From Acidimicrobiales bacterium (GTDB taxonomy: Bacteria; Actinomycetota; Acidimicrobiia; Acidimicrobiales; Bog-793): a stretch of 64,000 bases of DNA. The notes under the pieces are model-generated. The model saw only the letters and a program-made list of their open reading frames with translations, ran no database searches and was not told where the DNA came from. The stretch is from contig DATGLP010000024.1 in the NCBI GenBank assembly GCA_035294085.1, positions 1,061 through 65,060 on the forward strand, written 5' to 3'. The translations under genes were made by a program, and so were the position numbers. Each line of letters begins with the position of its first letter. The stretch's first letter is position 1. Of this stretch, positions 41,011 to 49,707 are shown piece by piece.

Positions 41011-41831
41011 CGTAGGTGGCCTGCCGCACCGGCCAGCCGCTCGCGCCGTGCCAGCTCGAAGCAGAGCACGGTAGCCGCCATGGCGACGTTGAGGGACTCG
41101 GCGCGCCCGCGCATCGGGATGCTCACCGCCGCGTCGAAGCAGTCGCCGAGCTCGTCGGGCAGGCCAGCCGCCTCGCTGCCGAGCACGAGCGCGACGCGCC
41201 CGGCGAGCGGCGCCGTCGCGTAGTCCGGTGCCCCCGAGGGCCGGGTCGCGACGCGGCAGAAGCCGGCCGCGGCGAGCTCGCCGAGGGCCGCGCGCGCCTC
41301 GCCGGCGAGGACGAGGGGGACGTGGAAGATCGACCCCGCCGACGAGCGCACCGCCTTCGGGTTGTAGGGGTCGGCGCCCTCGCCGCAGCAGACCACGCCG
41401 CCGCACCCGGCCGCGTCGGCGCTGCGCACGATGGCGCCGAGGTTGCCCGGGTCCCGCACACCGACGCACACGAGGAGGACGTCGGCCGGCGCGAGGCGCT
41501 CGAGCGGCACGTCGAGCGCCGCGACGACCGCGCAGATCGGCTGGGGCGTCACCGCGTCGGCGACGCGCTCGAGGACGCCGCGAGCCAGGCCGAAGCAGCG
41601 CACGCCCGAGCGGCGCGCCTCGGCGAGCAGGCGCGCCGCCGAGGGCTGGTCGAGGGCCTCGGGCGCGTAGTAGACGGCCTCGACCGGCGCGCCCGCCTCG
41701 AGCGCAGCACCCACGAGGTTGGCGCCCTCGGCGACGAAGGCACGCTCGGCCCGCCGGTAGCTGCGCTGGCGCAGCAGCCGCCGCAGGCGTCGCACGCGCT
41801 GGTGGCGCGGACCGAGCAGCTGCTCGGTCAG
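41007..41831 (-). CDS. TrmH/SpoU-family RNA methyltransferase
   Basis: SpoU motifs ([36 protein letters not shown]). There is no ATG/GTG/TTG upstream of the conserved N-region. The best candidate is CTG 41831, overlapping the rplT TGA (CTGA). Confidence 0.8.
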   Translation of the reverse strand: MTEQLLGPRHQRVRRLRRLLRQRSYRRAERAFVAEGANLVGAALEAGAPVEAVYYAPEALDQPSAARLLAEARRSGVRCFGLARGVLERVADAVTPQPICAVVAALDVPLERLAPADVLLVCVGVRDPGNLGAIVRSADAAGCGGVVCCGEGADPYNPKAVRSSAGSIFHVPLVLAGEARAALGELAAAGFCRVATRPSGAPDYATAPLAGRVALVLGSEAAGLPDELGDCFDAAVSIPMRGRAESLNVAMAATVLCFELARRERLAGAAGHLR

Positions 41832-42241
41832 GACGCGGCTCCCTCGGCGAGCTCGCCCTCCGCCTCCGACGCGTCCTCGACGTCCCCGGCGAGCGCCCCA
41901 GCCGCCACCTTGACGAGCTGCGCGAACGCGACCCGGTCGCGCACGGCGAGGTCGGCCAGCACCTTGCGGTCGACGTCCACCTCGGCGCGGTGCAGGCCGG
42001 CGATGAAGCGGCTGTAGCTGATCCCCTCGGCGCGCGCCGCGGCGTTGATCCGCTGGATCCACAGCCGGCGGAAGTCGCCCTTGCGCGCCCTGCGGTCGCG
42101 GTACGCGTAGGCGAGCGAGTGCATGACCTGCTCGTGCGCCGCCCGGTACGAGCGCGACTTGTTCCCGTAGTAGCCCTGCGCCAGCTCGAGGACGGCGCGG
42201 CGGTGCTTCTTGCTCTGGACGGCGCGCTTCACTCTCGCCAT
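41828..42241 (-). CDS. rplT: 50S ribosomal protein L20
   Basis: MARVKRAV...GYYG...RDRR motifs, plus an acidic C-terminal tail. Confidence 0.96.
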   Translation of the reverse strand: MARVKRAVQSKKHRRAVLELAQGYYGNKSRSYRAAHEQVMHSLAYAYRDRRARKGDFRRLWIQRINAAARAEGISYSRFIAGLHRAEVDVDRKVLADLAVRDRVAFAQLVKVAAGALAGDVEDASEAEGELAEGAAS

Positions 42242-42307
42242 CTCGTGCTCCTTTCGGTGAGATCCCTCTCTGCGCTGCCCGGCGCGTCAGCGCCGGGCAC
42301 GCCGTCC

Positions 42308-42502
42308 TCAGATGCCGAGCAGGCGGCGGACCTGGCGGCGGTCGGCCGCGGCGAGCTCGACGCTGCGGCCGAGGCGGCGGGCACGCACGGACGACTTCTT
42401 CTCCATCAGGTGGCTGCGGTTCGCCTGGCGTCGCAGGATCTTGCCGCTCCCGGTCACCTTGAAGCGGGCCGCAGCGCCCCGGTCGGTCTTCATCTTCGGC
42501 AT
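42308..42502 (-). CDS. rpmI: 50S ribosomal protein L35
   Basis: [21 protein letters not shown]. Confidence 0.96.
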   Translation of the reverse strand: MPKMKTDRGAAARFKVTGSGKILRRQANRSHLMEKKSSVRARRLGRSVELAAADRRQVRRLLGI

Positions 42503-42518
42503 CGTCCCTGCCCCCTCG

Positions 42519-43148
42519 TCATCGACTCGGCGTGCTCGCGGCGGCGCCGGCGGGCTCGGCCGTGACCGCCGGGCGCGCGCCGTCCGCCTGGTTGGCGCTG
42601 CGCGCCGCCTGGGACTGGCGGGCCCGCTTGTCCGGGGCGAGCACCATCACCATGTTCCGGCCGTCGAGGCGCGCCTCGGACTCGACGCGACCGATCCCCT
42701 GGACGTACTCGGCGATGCGGTCGAGGATCCGCTTGCCGAGCTCGGGGTGGTACACCTCGCGCCCACGGAACATGATCGTGACCTTCACCTTGTGGCCCTC
42801 GGCGAGGAAGCGGCTCACCTGGCGTGTCTTCGTCTCGAAGTCGCCCGGGCCGATCTTCGGCCGGTACTTCATCTCCTTGATGCCGACGCTGCTCGCCTTG
42901 CGGCGGGACTCCTTCGCACGCTGCGCCTCGTCGAACTTGAACTTGCCGTAGTCCATGATCCGGCACACCGGCGGGGTCGCCATCGGCGCCACCTCGACGA
43001 GGTCGAGGTCCATCTGGCGGGCGATGGCGATCGCCTCAGGAAGCAGCTTGATCCCGAGCTGCTGGCCGTCGGGGTCGACGAGGCGAACCTCACGGGCCCG
43101 GATGCGTTCGTTCATCCGCGGCTCGTTGGTGACAGGGGCAGTGGAGAT
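42519..43148 (-). CDS. infC: translation initiation factor IF-3 (apparent ATC start)
   Basis: The in-frame extension [24 protein letters not shown] matches the actinobacterial IF-3 N-terminus. AGGAG (43158-62) lies 9 nt upstream of ATC 43148. The annotated ATG 43115 has no SD. Confidence 0.85.
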   Translation of the reverse strand: MSTAPVTNEPRMNERIRAREVRLVDPDGQQLGIKLLPEAIAIARQMDLDLVEVAPMATPPVCRIMDYGKFKFDEAQRAKESRRKASSVGIKEMKYRPKIGPGDFETKTRQVSRFLAEGHKVKVTIMFRGREVYHPELGKRILDRIAEYVQGIGRVESEARLDGRNMVMVLAPDKRARQSQAARSANQADGARPAVTAEPAGAAASTPSR

Positions 43149-43316
43149 CGGGCATCACTCCTCTCGGTGGGAACCGCGGCGACGGCGACGCCGGCACCGC
43201 GGGGGAGGCGTTGCCCGCCGGCTCGACCACCGAGGACCTGGAGCACGCGCCGCCGCGGTGGCCAGGTGGGAGTCGCCAACACGTGTGCGGCCCCGCTTCC
43301 CGCTCGCTTTTGTGCC

Positions 43317-43322
43317 TAGGGT
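43317..43322 (+). promoter_or_regulatory. possible -10 hexamer (TAGGGT); leaderless DUF1844 mRNA
   Basis: TAGGGT ends 6 nt before ATG 43329, with no SD. Same geometry as the marR promoter. Confidence 0.35.
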
Positions 43323-43328
43323 AGCAGC

Positions 43329-43748
43329 ATGAGCAGCCTGTGGACACCCGGTGGGGAGCACCGTATCCCCTCCCAGCAGGCCGTCCCGCCCGAGCACGCC
43401 TCCTCGCCGGCGGGCGACCGCGGCGAGCAGGTCCCCGGGGCCGAGGCGCGCGCCGAGCTCGCCGAGCTCGAGCGCCAGCTCCTCGCCGCCGCACCCGAGG
43501 ACGTCATCGCCAACCACTGCTACGGGATCTTCCAGCTCGCCGCCCTCTACCTCGCGCAGCGCCCGCCTCGCCTCGACTCGGCCCGGCTCGCCATCGACGC
43601 CCTCGGCTGCCTCGTCAACGGCCTCGGCGAGCGCCTCGGCGCCGCGGCCCCGACGCTCGCCGAGAGCGTCACGCAGATCCAGCTCGCCTTCGTCGAGCTG
43701 GCGCGCGCGCACGAGCGCGCCGACGGCGGGCAAGGCGGCGGGCAGTAG
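43329..43748 (+). CDS. DUF1844-like protein
   Basis: 139 aa. The VIANHCYGIFQLAALYL...ARLAIDALG core resembles DUF1844 proteins found beside infC in actinobacteria. Confidence 0.7.
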   Translation: MSSLWTPGGEHRIPSQQAVPPEHASSPAGDRGEQVPGAEARAELAELERQLLAAAPEDVIANHCYGIFQLAALYLAQRPPRLDSARLAIDALGCLVNGLGERLGAAAPTLAESVTQIQLAFVELARAHERADGGQGGGQ

Positions 43749-43906
43749 GCGGCCGCCGCAGCCCGCCTGGTCGCGGGCGGCCGGGCCGTCCTCGCCGCCC
43801 GACGCGGGCTCCGTCGGCCGCGCAGGCGCCGGTGCGCGCCCCGGCCCTCGCGCCGCGACGCGGCGGCGGCGCTCGGTTCCACGCCACGCGTCCGGCGCCG
43901 GCGCGA

Positions 43907-44929
43907 TCAGGGCCGGAGCAGCACCTTGATCGCGCGCCGCTCGTCCATCGCGCGGTAGCCGTCGGCCGCCCGCTCGAGCGGGAGCTCCAGGTCGAAGACC
44001 TTGCCGGGCTCGAGCGAGCGGTCGTAGATGCGCTGGATGAGCTCGGGCAGCAAGCGCCGGACAGGCGCCGGGCCTCCGTGGAGGTGGACGGCCGAGGAGA
44101 ACAGCTGTGCCCCGCTCAGCGAGACGCCGTGCGGGACGCCGACGAAGCCGACGTGCCCGCCGGCGCGAACCGCCCCGATCGCCTGGCGCATGGCCTCCTG
44201 GGTGCCCACGGCCTCGATGACGCTGTGGGCCCCGTAGCCGCCGGTGAGGTCCCGCACCCTGGCGACACCCTCGTCGCCCCGCGCCTCGACGACGTCGGTC
44301 GCGCCGAACTCGAGCGCGAGTCGCTGGCGCCGCTCGTGCCGGCTCATGGCGATGATCCGCTCCGCCCCCAGGCAGCGCGCGGCGAGGACGGCGAGCAGCC
44401 CGACGGCGCCGTCCCCGACGACGGCGACGACCTTGCCCGGCGCGACCTCGGCGGCCAGCGCGCCGAACCACGCCGTGCCGAGCACGTCGGAGGCCGCGAG
44501 CAGCGACGGGACGAGCTCGGCGTCGGGCGGTCCCGGGGTGGCCACGAGCGTCCCGTCGGCCATCGGCACCCGCGCCAGGGTGGCCTGCGTGCCCTCGGCC
44601 GCCATCAGGTAGGAGCGCCGGCAGCGCGACTGGTAGCCGGCCCGGCAGATCTCGCAGGTGTTGTCCGAGGCGAAGAACGACCCGACGACGAAGTCGCCGA
44701 CACGCACGGTCTCGACGTCCCGGCCCACCTCCTCCACGACGCCGGCGTACTCGTGCCCCATCGGCATCGGGTCCACCACCTCGTCGGCGCCCCGCCACGG
44801 CCACAGGTCCGAGCCGCAGATGCAGGTGGCCGGCAGGCTGATGATCGCGTCGGTCGGCTCGAGGATCCTCGGATCGGGCCGCTCGACGACCTCCACCTCG
44901 CCCGGCGCATGCATCACGACGCCACGCAC
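43907..44929 (-). CDS. zinc-dependent alcohol dehydrogenase family protein
   Basis: CGSD, GHEYAG, structural-Zn Cys cluster (CEICRAGYQSRC), GDGAVG Rossmann. GTG 44929 lies 6 nt after GGAGG. Confidence 0.88.
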   Translation of the reverse strand: MRGVVMHAPGEVEVVERPDPRILEPTDAIISLPATCICGSDLWPWRGADEVVDPMPMGHEYAGVVEEVGRDVETVRVGDFVVGSFFASDNTCEICRAGYQSRCRRSYLMAAEGTQATLARVPMADGTLVATPGPPDAELVPSLLAASDVLGTAWFGALAAEVAPGKVVAVVGDGAVGLLAVLAARCLGAERIIAMSRHERRQRLALEFGATDVVEARGDEGVARVRDLTGGYGAHSVIEAVGTQEAMRQAIGAVRAGGHVGFVGVPHGVSLSGAQLFSSAVHLHGGPAPVRRLLPELIQRIYDRSLEPGKVFDLELPLERAADGYRAMDERRAIKVLLRP

Positions 44930-45065
44930 CTCGCTCCTCCTCCCTTCGGCCCACCCTCGTGCCCCGCCCCCTCGGGCTGGCGCGTCGCGCTCTGCGCCGG
45001 CGACGGCGCCCGCGGGCGCAGCGGGGCGACCGGCTCGCGCCGAGCGAGCACCTCGCCCTCGCCGG

Positions 45066-45443
45066 TCACCGGGCCGCGAGGGCCGCCTGCGCGGCCGCTC
45101 GCTCGGCGAAGGGCTCGATCTCGCTGATCCGCCCCTCGCGCACCCGGCAGAGGTGGAAGACGTCCCGGTCCGGACGGCCCGCCCCCGGCGGCCAGCGCAC
45201 GCGCAGCTCGAGGAGGATCCCGCCCGGCCCGGTCCGAACCCCGACCACCTCGCCCGACGCACCGCTGTCGATCGCGCGCCGGAACGTGGCGACGACCTCC
45301 TCCCGGCTGCGGCACGGATGCGCCGCCTCGTCGTCGCCCCAGCGCGCGTCGTCGGCGAGGAGCGCACCGAAGCGCCCGAGGTCGTGGGACACGAGGGCGT
45401 CGCGCAGGCGCGCGGCCAGGACCTCGAGGGTGTCGCTCGCCAC
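45066..45443 (-). CDS. NTF2/SnoaL-like fold protein
   Basis: 125 aa. Pattern typical of SnoaL-like/DUF4440 proteins (...DDARW...SREEVVATFR...RVREGRISE). Confidence 0.6.
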   Translation of the reverse strand: MASDTLEVLAARLRDALVSHDLGRFGALLADDARWGDDEAAHPCRSREEVVATFRRAIDSGASGEVVGVRTGPGGILLELRVRWPPGAGRPDRDVFHLCRVREGRISEIEPFAERAAAQAALAAR

Positions 45444-45452
45444 GCCCTCACG

Positions 45453-45761
45453 CTAGCGGACACCGCCCGCCCCGGACTCGGCCGCCGGGAGCGGGCCTGC
45501 CGAGGCGGGGGGCGGCCCGACCGGCACGAGGGCGCGCGCCTCGATCCGCCCGCGCGCTCGCGCGCCGAGCTGGAAGACGACCCGCGTCCTCGCCGCGACC
45601 TGGCGAGAGCCGTCGGCGATCTCCGTGCAGTGGAAGGGGAAGGAGGCGCCCGAGGCCTCCTCCCGCACCACGCCGAGCCCGCGCTCGGGGTCGAAGCACT
45701 CGACGGTGCCGACGCGGCCGAGGCCGAGGGCGCCAGGTGGCGGTCCGGCGGGGAGCGTCAA
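45453..45761 (-). CDS. cold-shock-domain-like protein
   Basis: GTVECFDPERGLGVV...FPFHCTEI resembles the CSD RNP1/RNP2 layout. TTG 45761 overlaps the hisG TGA (TTGA). Confidence 0.6.
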   Translation of the reverse strand: MTLPAGPPPGALGLGRVGTVECFDPERGLGVVREEASGASFPFHCTEIADGSRQVAARTRVVFQLGARARGRIEARALVPVGPPPASAGPLPAAESGAGGVR

Positions 45762-46633
45762 TGGACGATCTTGAGCAGCGGCAGCTCGAGGATGTCGGTC
45801 GCCCCGCGGTCCTTGAGCGCCGGGATGAGGGTGTTGATGGAGGACTTCGCGACGACGGCCTCGAGGGCGTAGCCGCGCGACCCGAACAGCTCGGAGACCG
45901 TGGGAGCCTTCATCGCCGGGAGCACGGCGATGACCGACTCGAGCTGCTCGGCGGCGACGTTCAGCTTGACGAGCACCTTCGCGCGCGCCTCGAGGGCCCC
46001 GCTGAGCAGGGTGTGCAGCTGGCCCATGGCGTGCATCTTCGCCGGGTCGGCGGCGGACGCGGGGTTGGCGATGAGCTCCGTGTAGGACTCGAGGATGGTC
46101 GCCACCACCCGTAGCCCCGCGGCGCGCAGCGCCCGGCCCGTCTCCGTGATCTCGACGACGGCGTCGGCGATCTCGGGGACCTTGGCCTCCGTGGCACCGT
46201 AGGAGAGGGCGATGTCCGCCTTCACCCCGTGCTCGGCGAGGTAGCGGGCGGTGAGCCGAGGGTACTCGGTGGCCACCCGCGCCCCCTCGGGCAGGTCGCC
46301 GACGGCGTGCACCGGCGACGTCTCGCCGACGGCGAGCACGACGCGGATCGGGCGGCTCGTGTTCTTCGAGTACGCCAGCCGGCCGAGCGAGACGACCTCT
46401 GCCCCGGTCTCCTCGATCCAGTCGCGCCCGGTGATGCCGAGGTCGAAGAGCCCCTCCGCCACGTACAGCGGGATCTCCTGGGGCCGCAGGATGCGCACCT
46501 CCTCGACGCGCGGGTCGTCGATCGAGCCCCGGTAGTCGACCTCCGACCCTCGCTGGACGGCGAGGTCGGCCGCGGCGAACAGGTCGAGGGTGGCCCGCTC
46601 GAGCGAGCCCTTGGGGAGGACGAGGCGGAGCAC
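45758..46633 (-). CDS. hisG: ATP phosphoribosyltransferase (long form)
   Basis: LRLVLPKGSL, DLGITGRD, EITETGRAL, plus a C-terminal regulatory domain. Confidence 0.93.
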   Translation of the reverse strand: MLRLVLPKGSLERATLDLFAAADLAVQRGSEVDYRGSIDDPRVEEVRILRPQEIPLYVAEGLFDLGITGRDWIEETGAEVVSLGRLAYSKNTSRPIRVVLAVGETSPVHAVGDLPEGARVATEYPRLTARYLAEHGVKADIALSYGATEAKVPEIADAVVEITETGRALRAAGLRVVATILESYTELIANPASAADPAKMHAMGQLHTLLSGALEARAKVLVKLNVAAEQLESVIAVLPAMKAPTVSELFGSRGYALEAVVAKSSINTLIPALKDRGATDILELPLLKIVH

Positions 46634-46670
46634 CGCTCTAGCGTGCCCGGAACTGCTCCCCCGCCGCCAG

Positions 46671-47383
46671 CTAGCGGGCGGCGGGCGGCCGGCCCGCGAC
46701 GGGCCCGAGCGCCCCCGCCGCCGCCGCGCCGATCGCCGCCACCGCCTCGGCGGGCCGTCCGTCGCGGAAGACGGCGCTCCCCGCGACGAGGACGCGGGCG
46801 CCGGCCCTCGCGGCGAGCGCGGCGGTGCGCTCGTCGATCCCGCCGTCGACCTCCAGGACGACGGGCAGGCCGCGCCGGTCGATCGCGGCGCGTGCCTCGG
46901 CCACCTTGGCGAGCACCTCGGCCATGAAGGGCTGGCCGCCGAAGCCGGGGAAGACCGTCATGACGAGGAGCAGGTCGATGCGCTCGAGGTACGGCTCGAC
47001 CGCGGCGAAGGGCGTGTCCGGATTGCACGCCAGCCCGACGCGAAGCCCGAGCCGGCGGGCGCTCGCCGCGAGCTCGGCCGTGTCGCCCACCTCGACGTGC
47101 ACGGTGACGAGATCGGCGCCCGCGTCGCGGAACGCCTCGAGGTACTCGCCCGGGTTCGTCATCATGAGGTGGCAGTCGAAGAAGGCGCCGCTGTGCCGGC
47201 GCAGCGACGCCACGACGGGCGGGCCAATCGTGAGATTCGGCACGAAGTGGCCGTCCATCACGTCGAGGTGGAGCCAGTCCGTCGCCGGCGCGACGGCGCG
47301 CATCGCCTCGGCGAGCCGCCCGAAGTCGGCAGACAGCAACGACGGGGCGACGCGGATCTCCCCGGACTCGAGCACGGCGCGCA
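46671..47383 (-). CDS. rpe: ribulose-phosphate 3-epimerase portion (possible independent CDS)
   Basis: Internal in-frame GTG 47383 or 47374 precedes a full Rpe barrel. No SD within 5-12 nt upstream, so fusion is favoured. Confidence 0.4.
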
Positions 47384-48293
47384 CGCTAGCGGGGACGGCC
47401 GCCGCAGCGTCCCCTCCCCTACCGAGGCGTGTCCTCGGGCCGAGGCGCGCGCCGCGCGCGAAGTCCTCGAACGGCTGCGGCCGCCGGCCCTCGAGCTGGA
47501 CCTCGAGGAGCTCGAGCAGCCCCTCGCCGGTCACGACCGCGCTCCCGAGCAGGGTCCCGGGCTCGCCCCCGGGCGACGGCGCGGCCTGCGCACGCGCCCG
47601 CCGGACGAGGAGCCGCCGACCGTCGAGCGTCGTCCAGGCGCGCCCGACGCGCACGAGCCGGGCGCACTCGAGCGCGGGTCGCGTGAAGTCGAGCTCGAGC
47701 TCCTCGGGCCGCAGCTTGCGGGCGTAGGTCGGCTCGCCCTGCTGGGGGTGCGGGGTGCCGAGGCGCGCGATCCCCGGGGCGAGCAGCTCGACGAGGAGGG
47801 ACGCGCCGAGCTCGGCGAGGCGGCCGGTGAGCTCCTCGGCCGTCTCCTCGGGGCCGATCGCGACGGCGCGCTGGGCGTAGAGGGGGCCAGCGTCGAGCTC
47901 TGGCGTGACGCGCATGATCGAGACGCCGGTCTCCACGTCGCCGGCGAGGATCGCCCGCTCCACGGGCGCCGCGCCCCGCCAGCGCGGCAGGAGGGAGAAG
48001 TGGACGTTCAGCATCGGGAGCGCCTCGAGCACCTCGGCGCGGATGAGCTGGCCGAAGGCGACGACGACGCCGAGCTCGGCGCCGGCGCCGGCCACGTCGG
48101 CGACCTCCTCGCTCACCGGGATGCCGAGCTCGAGGGCGGCGGCCTTCACCGGGCTCGGCGCCGGCGCGCCGCGGCGGCTGCGACGCCGATCCGGCCCGGT
48201 CACGGCGAGGACCACGTCGTGGCCGGCCGCGGCGAGCGCCCGCAGCACCGTCGCGGCGGCGAGCGGTGCGCCGAGGAAGGCGAGGCGAGCCAG
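46671..48293 (-). CDS. continuous fmt-rpe reading frame (methionyl-tRNA formyltransferase fused to ribulose-phosphate 3-epimerase)
   Basis: Fmt motifs (LAFLGAP, NVHFSLLPRWRGAAP, C-terminal OB) run without a stop into Rpe (APSLLSADF, LHLDVMDGHFVPN, VDGGI). Candidate start CTG 48293 lies 4 nt after AGGAG. The Rpe part could also initiate at GTG 47383. Confidence 0.65.
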   Translation of the reverse strand: MARLAFLGAPLAAATVLRALAAAGHDVVLAVTGPDRRRSRRGAPAPSPVKAAALELGIPVSEEVADVAGAGAELGVVVAFGQLIRAEVLEALPMLNVHFSLLPRWRGAAPVERAILAGDVETGVSIMRVTPELDAGPLYAQRAVAIGPEETAEELTGRLAELGASLLVELLAPGIARLGTPHPQQGEPTYARKLRPEELELDFTRPALECARLVRVGRAWTTLDGRRLLVRRARAQAAPSPGGEPGTLLGSAVVTGEGLLELLEVQLEGRRPQPFEDFARGARLGPRTRLGRGGDAAAAVPASVRAVLESGEIRVAPSLLSADFGRLAEAMRAVAPATDWLHLDVMDGHFVPNLTIGPPVVASLRRHSGAFFDCHLMMTNPGEYLEAFRDAGADLVTVHVEVGDTAELAASARRLGLRVGLACNPDTPFAAVEPYLERIDLLLVMTVFPGFGGQPFMAEVLAKVAEARAAIDRRGLPVVLEVDGGIDERTAALAARAGARVLVAGSAVFRDGRPAEAVAAIGAAAAGALGPVAGRPPAAR

Positions 48294-48300
48294 GTGGCTC

Positions 48301-48822
48301 CTAGGACCCGGCGCTCGCGGCCAGCGCGCCGCTGGCGGCGAGGGCTCGCTGGCGCAGGATCGCCCGAGCCTGCCGGCGCTGGTCCGGGTCGAGCCGCTCG
48401 ACGACGAGCACCCCGTCGAGGTGGTCCACCTCGTGCTGGAAGCAGCGGGCCAGCAGCTCGTCGGCCTCGATGTCGAGTGGCTCGCCGTCGAGGCCGACGC
48501 CACGCAGGTGCACCTCCTTCGGGCGCACGACCGGCCAGGACAGGCCGGGGATCGACAGGCAGCCCTCCTCGTAGGTCCACTCGCCGCGGGCCTCGACGAT
48601 CTCGGGGTTGATGACCGCGGCGGGCCCGCTGCCCACGTCGTAGACGAACAGGCGGCGCTGCACGCCGACCTGGGGCGCGGCGAGGCCCACGCCCGGCGCC
48701 GCGTGCATCGTCTCGATCATGTCCTCGACGAGACGCACGAGCGAGCCGTCGATCGCAGCGACCTCCACCGCTCGCTCGCGCAGCACCGGGTCGCCGTACT
48801 GGCGGATTGGGTAGGTGGCCAC
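48301..48822 (-). CDS. def: peptide deformylase
   Basis: GVGLAAPQ, EGCLS, HEVDH motifs. Confidence 0.95.
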   Translation of the reverse strand: MATYPIRQYGDPVLRERAVEVAAIDGSLVRLVEDMIETMHAAPGVGLAAPQVGVQRRLFVYDVGSGPAAVINPEIVEARGEWTYEEGCLSIPGLSWPVVRPKEVHLRGVGLDGEPLDIEADELLARCFQHEVDHLDGVLVVERLDPDQRRQARAILRQRALAASGALAASAGS

Positions 48823-48831
48823 GCCCAGAGC

Positions 48832-49707
48832 TTACCGAGGCTGCTCGGCGCTGCCGGACAGCTGCCGGCCCGGCACGGCACCCTCGACGACCGACGCGAA
48901 GCGCAGGGCGACCTCGCCGGCGCCGACGAGGTCGCCGGGCGCCGAGCCGTCCCCGTCGGGCACGACCTCGATGCGCGCCGGCGCGTGACGCGCCTCGGGT
49001 GCCTCGACGCGGGCGAGCACGGGCACGCCGGCGTCACCAGGCGGGCCGAGCGTCCCGGCGTAGAGCCCGCTCGGCGGGGTGAGCAGCTCGGGGTCGAGCG
49101 CCAGGCGCACGCTGCGCCCGTCTCGCTCGAGGCGGCCGCGCACCTCGTGCGGCCGGGCGAGCAGCCGCGCCGCGGCGTCGAGGTCCGCTGCGGCGACGAG
49201 GTGCCGGATGCGCGTCGACGAGACGACCTCGTGACGCTCGTCGTCGACCACGAGCGGCATGGCGCGGGCACGGAAGCCGAGCTCGACGCCCATCTCCTCG
49301 AGGAGCGCGACGTCGCCCTGCTGGCGGTGCCCGAAGCGGAAGTTCTCCCCGACCAGCACCTCGGCCGCGCCGAGCTGACCGACGAGGACGGTGCGGACGA
49401 AGTCCTCGGCCGGCTCGGCCGCCCGCCTCGCGTCGAACGTCAAGATCACGACCTCGTCGACGCCGGTGGCGACGAGCAGCTCGAGCTTGTGCGCCGCCCC
49501 GGTGAGCAGGCGGGGCGCGCGCTCGGGCCGGACCACCGAGGCGGCGTGGCGGTCGAAGGTGAGCACGACCGACTCGAGGCCGCGCGACGCCGCCTCGCGG
49601 CGCAGCTCCTCGACGACCCGACGGTGCCCGATGTGCACGCCGTCGAAGTTCCCGATGCTCACGACCGTCGAACGCGGCTGGCGGCGGATCCCGTCGGTCA
49701 CGTCCAT
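48832..49707 (-). CDS. ribF: FAD synthetase / riboflavin kinase family protein (RibF); kinase half looks degenerate
   Basis: The N-terminal FMN adenylyltransferase is intact (SIGNFDGVHIGH, VLTFD, STRIR). The C-terminal part lacks a GxPTAN motif. Confidence 0.85.
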   Translation of the reverse strand: MDVTDGIRRQPRSTVVSIGNFDGVHIGHRRVVEELRREAASRGLESVVLTFDRHAASVVRPERAPRLLTGAAHKLELLVATGVDEVVILTFDARRAAEPAEDFVRTVLVGQLGAAEVLVGENFRFGHRQQGDVALLEEMGVELGFRARAMPLVVDDERHEVVSSTRIRHLVAAADLDAAARLLARPHEVRGRLERDGRSVRLALDPELLTPPSGLYAGTLGPPGDAGVPVLARVEAPEARHAPARIEVVPDGDGSAPGDLVGAGEVALRFASVVEGAVPGRQLSGSAEQPR

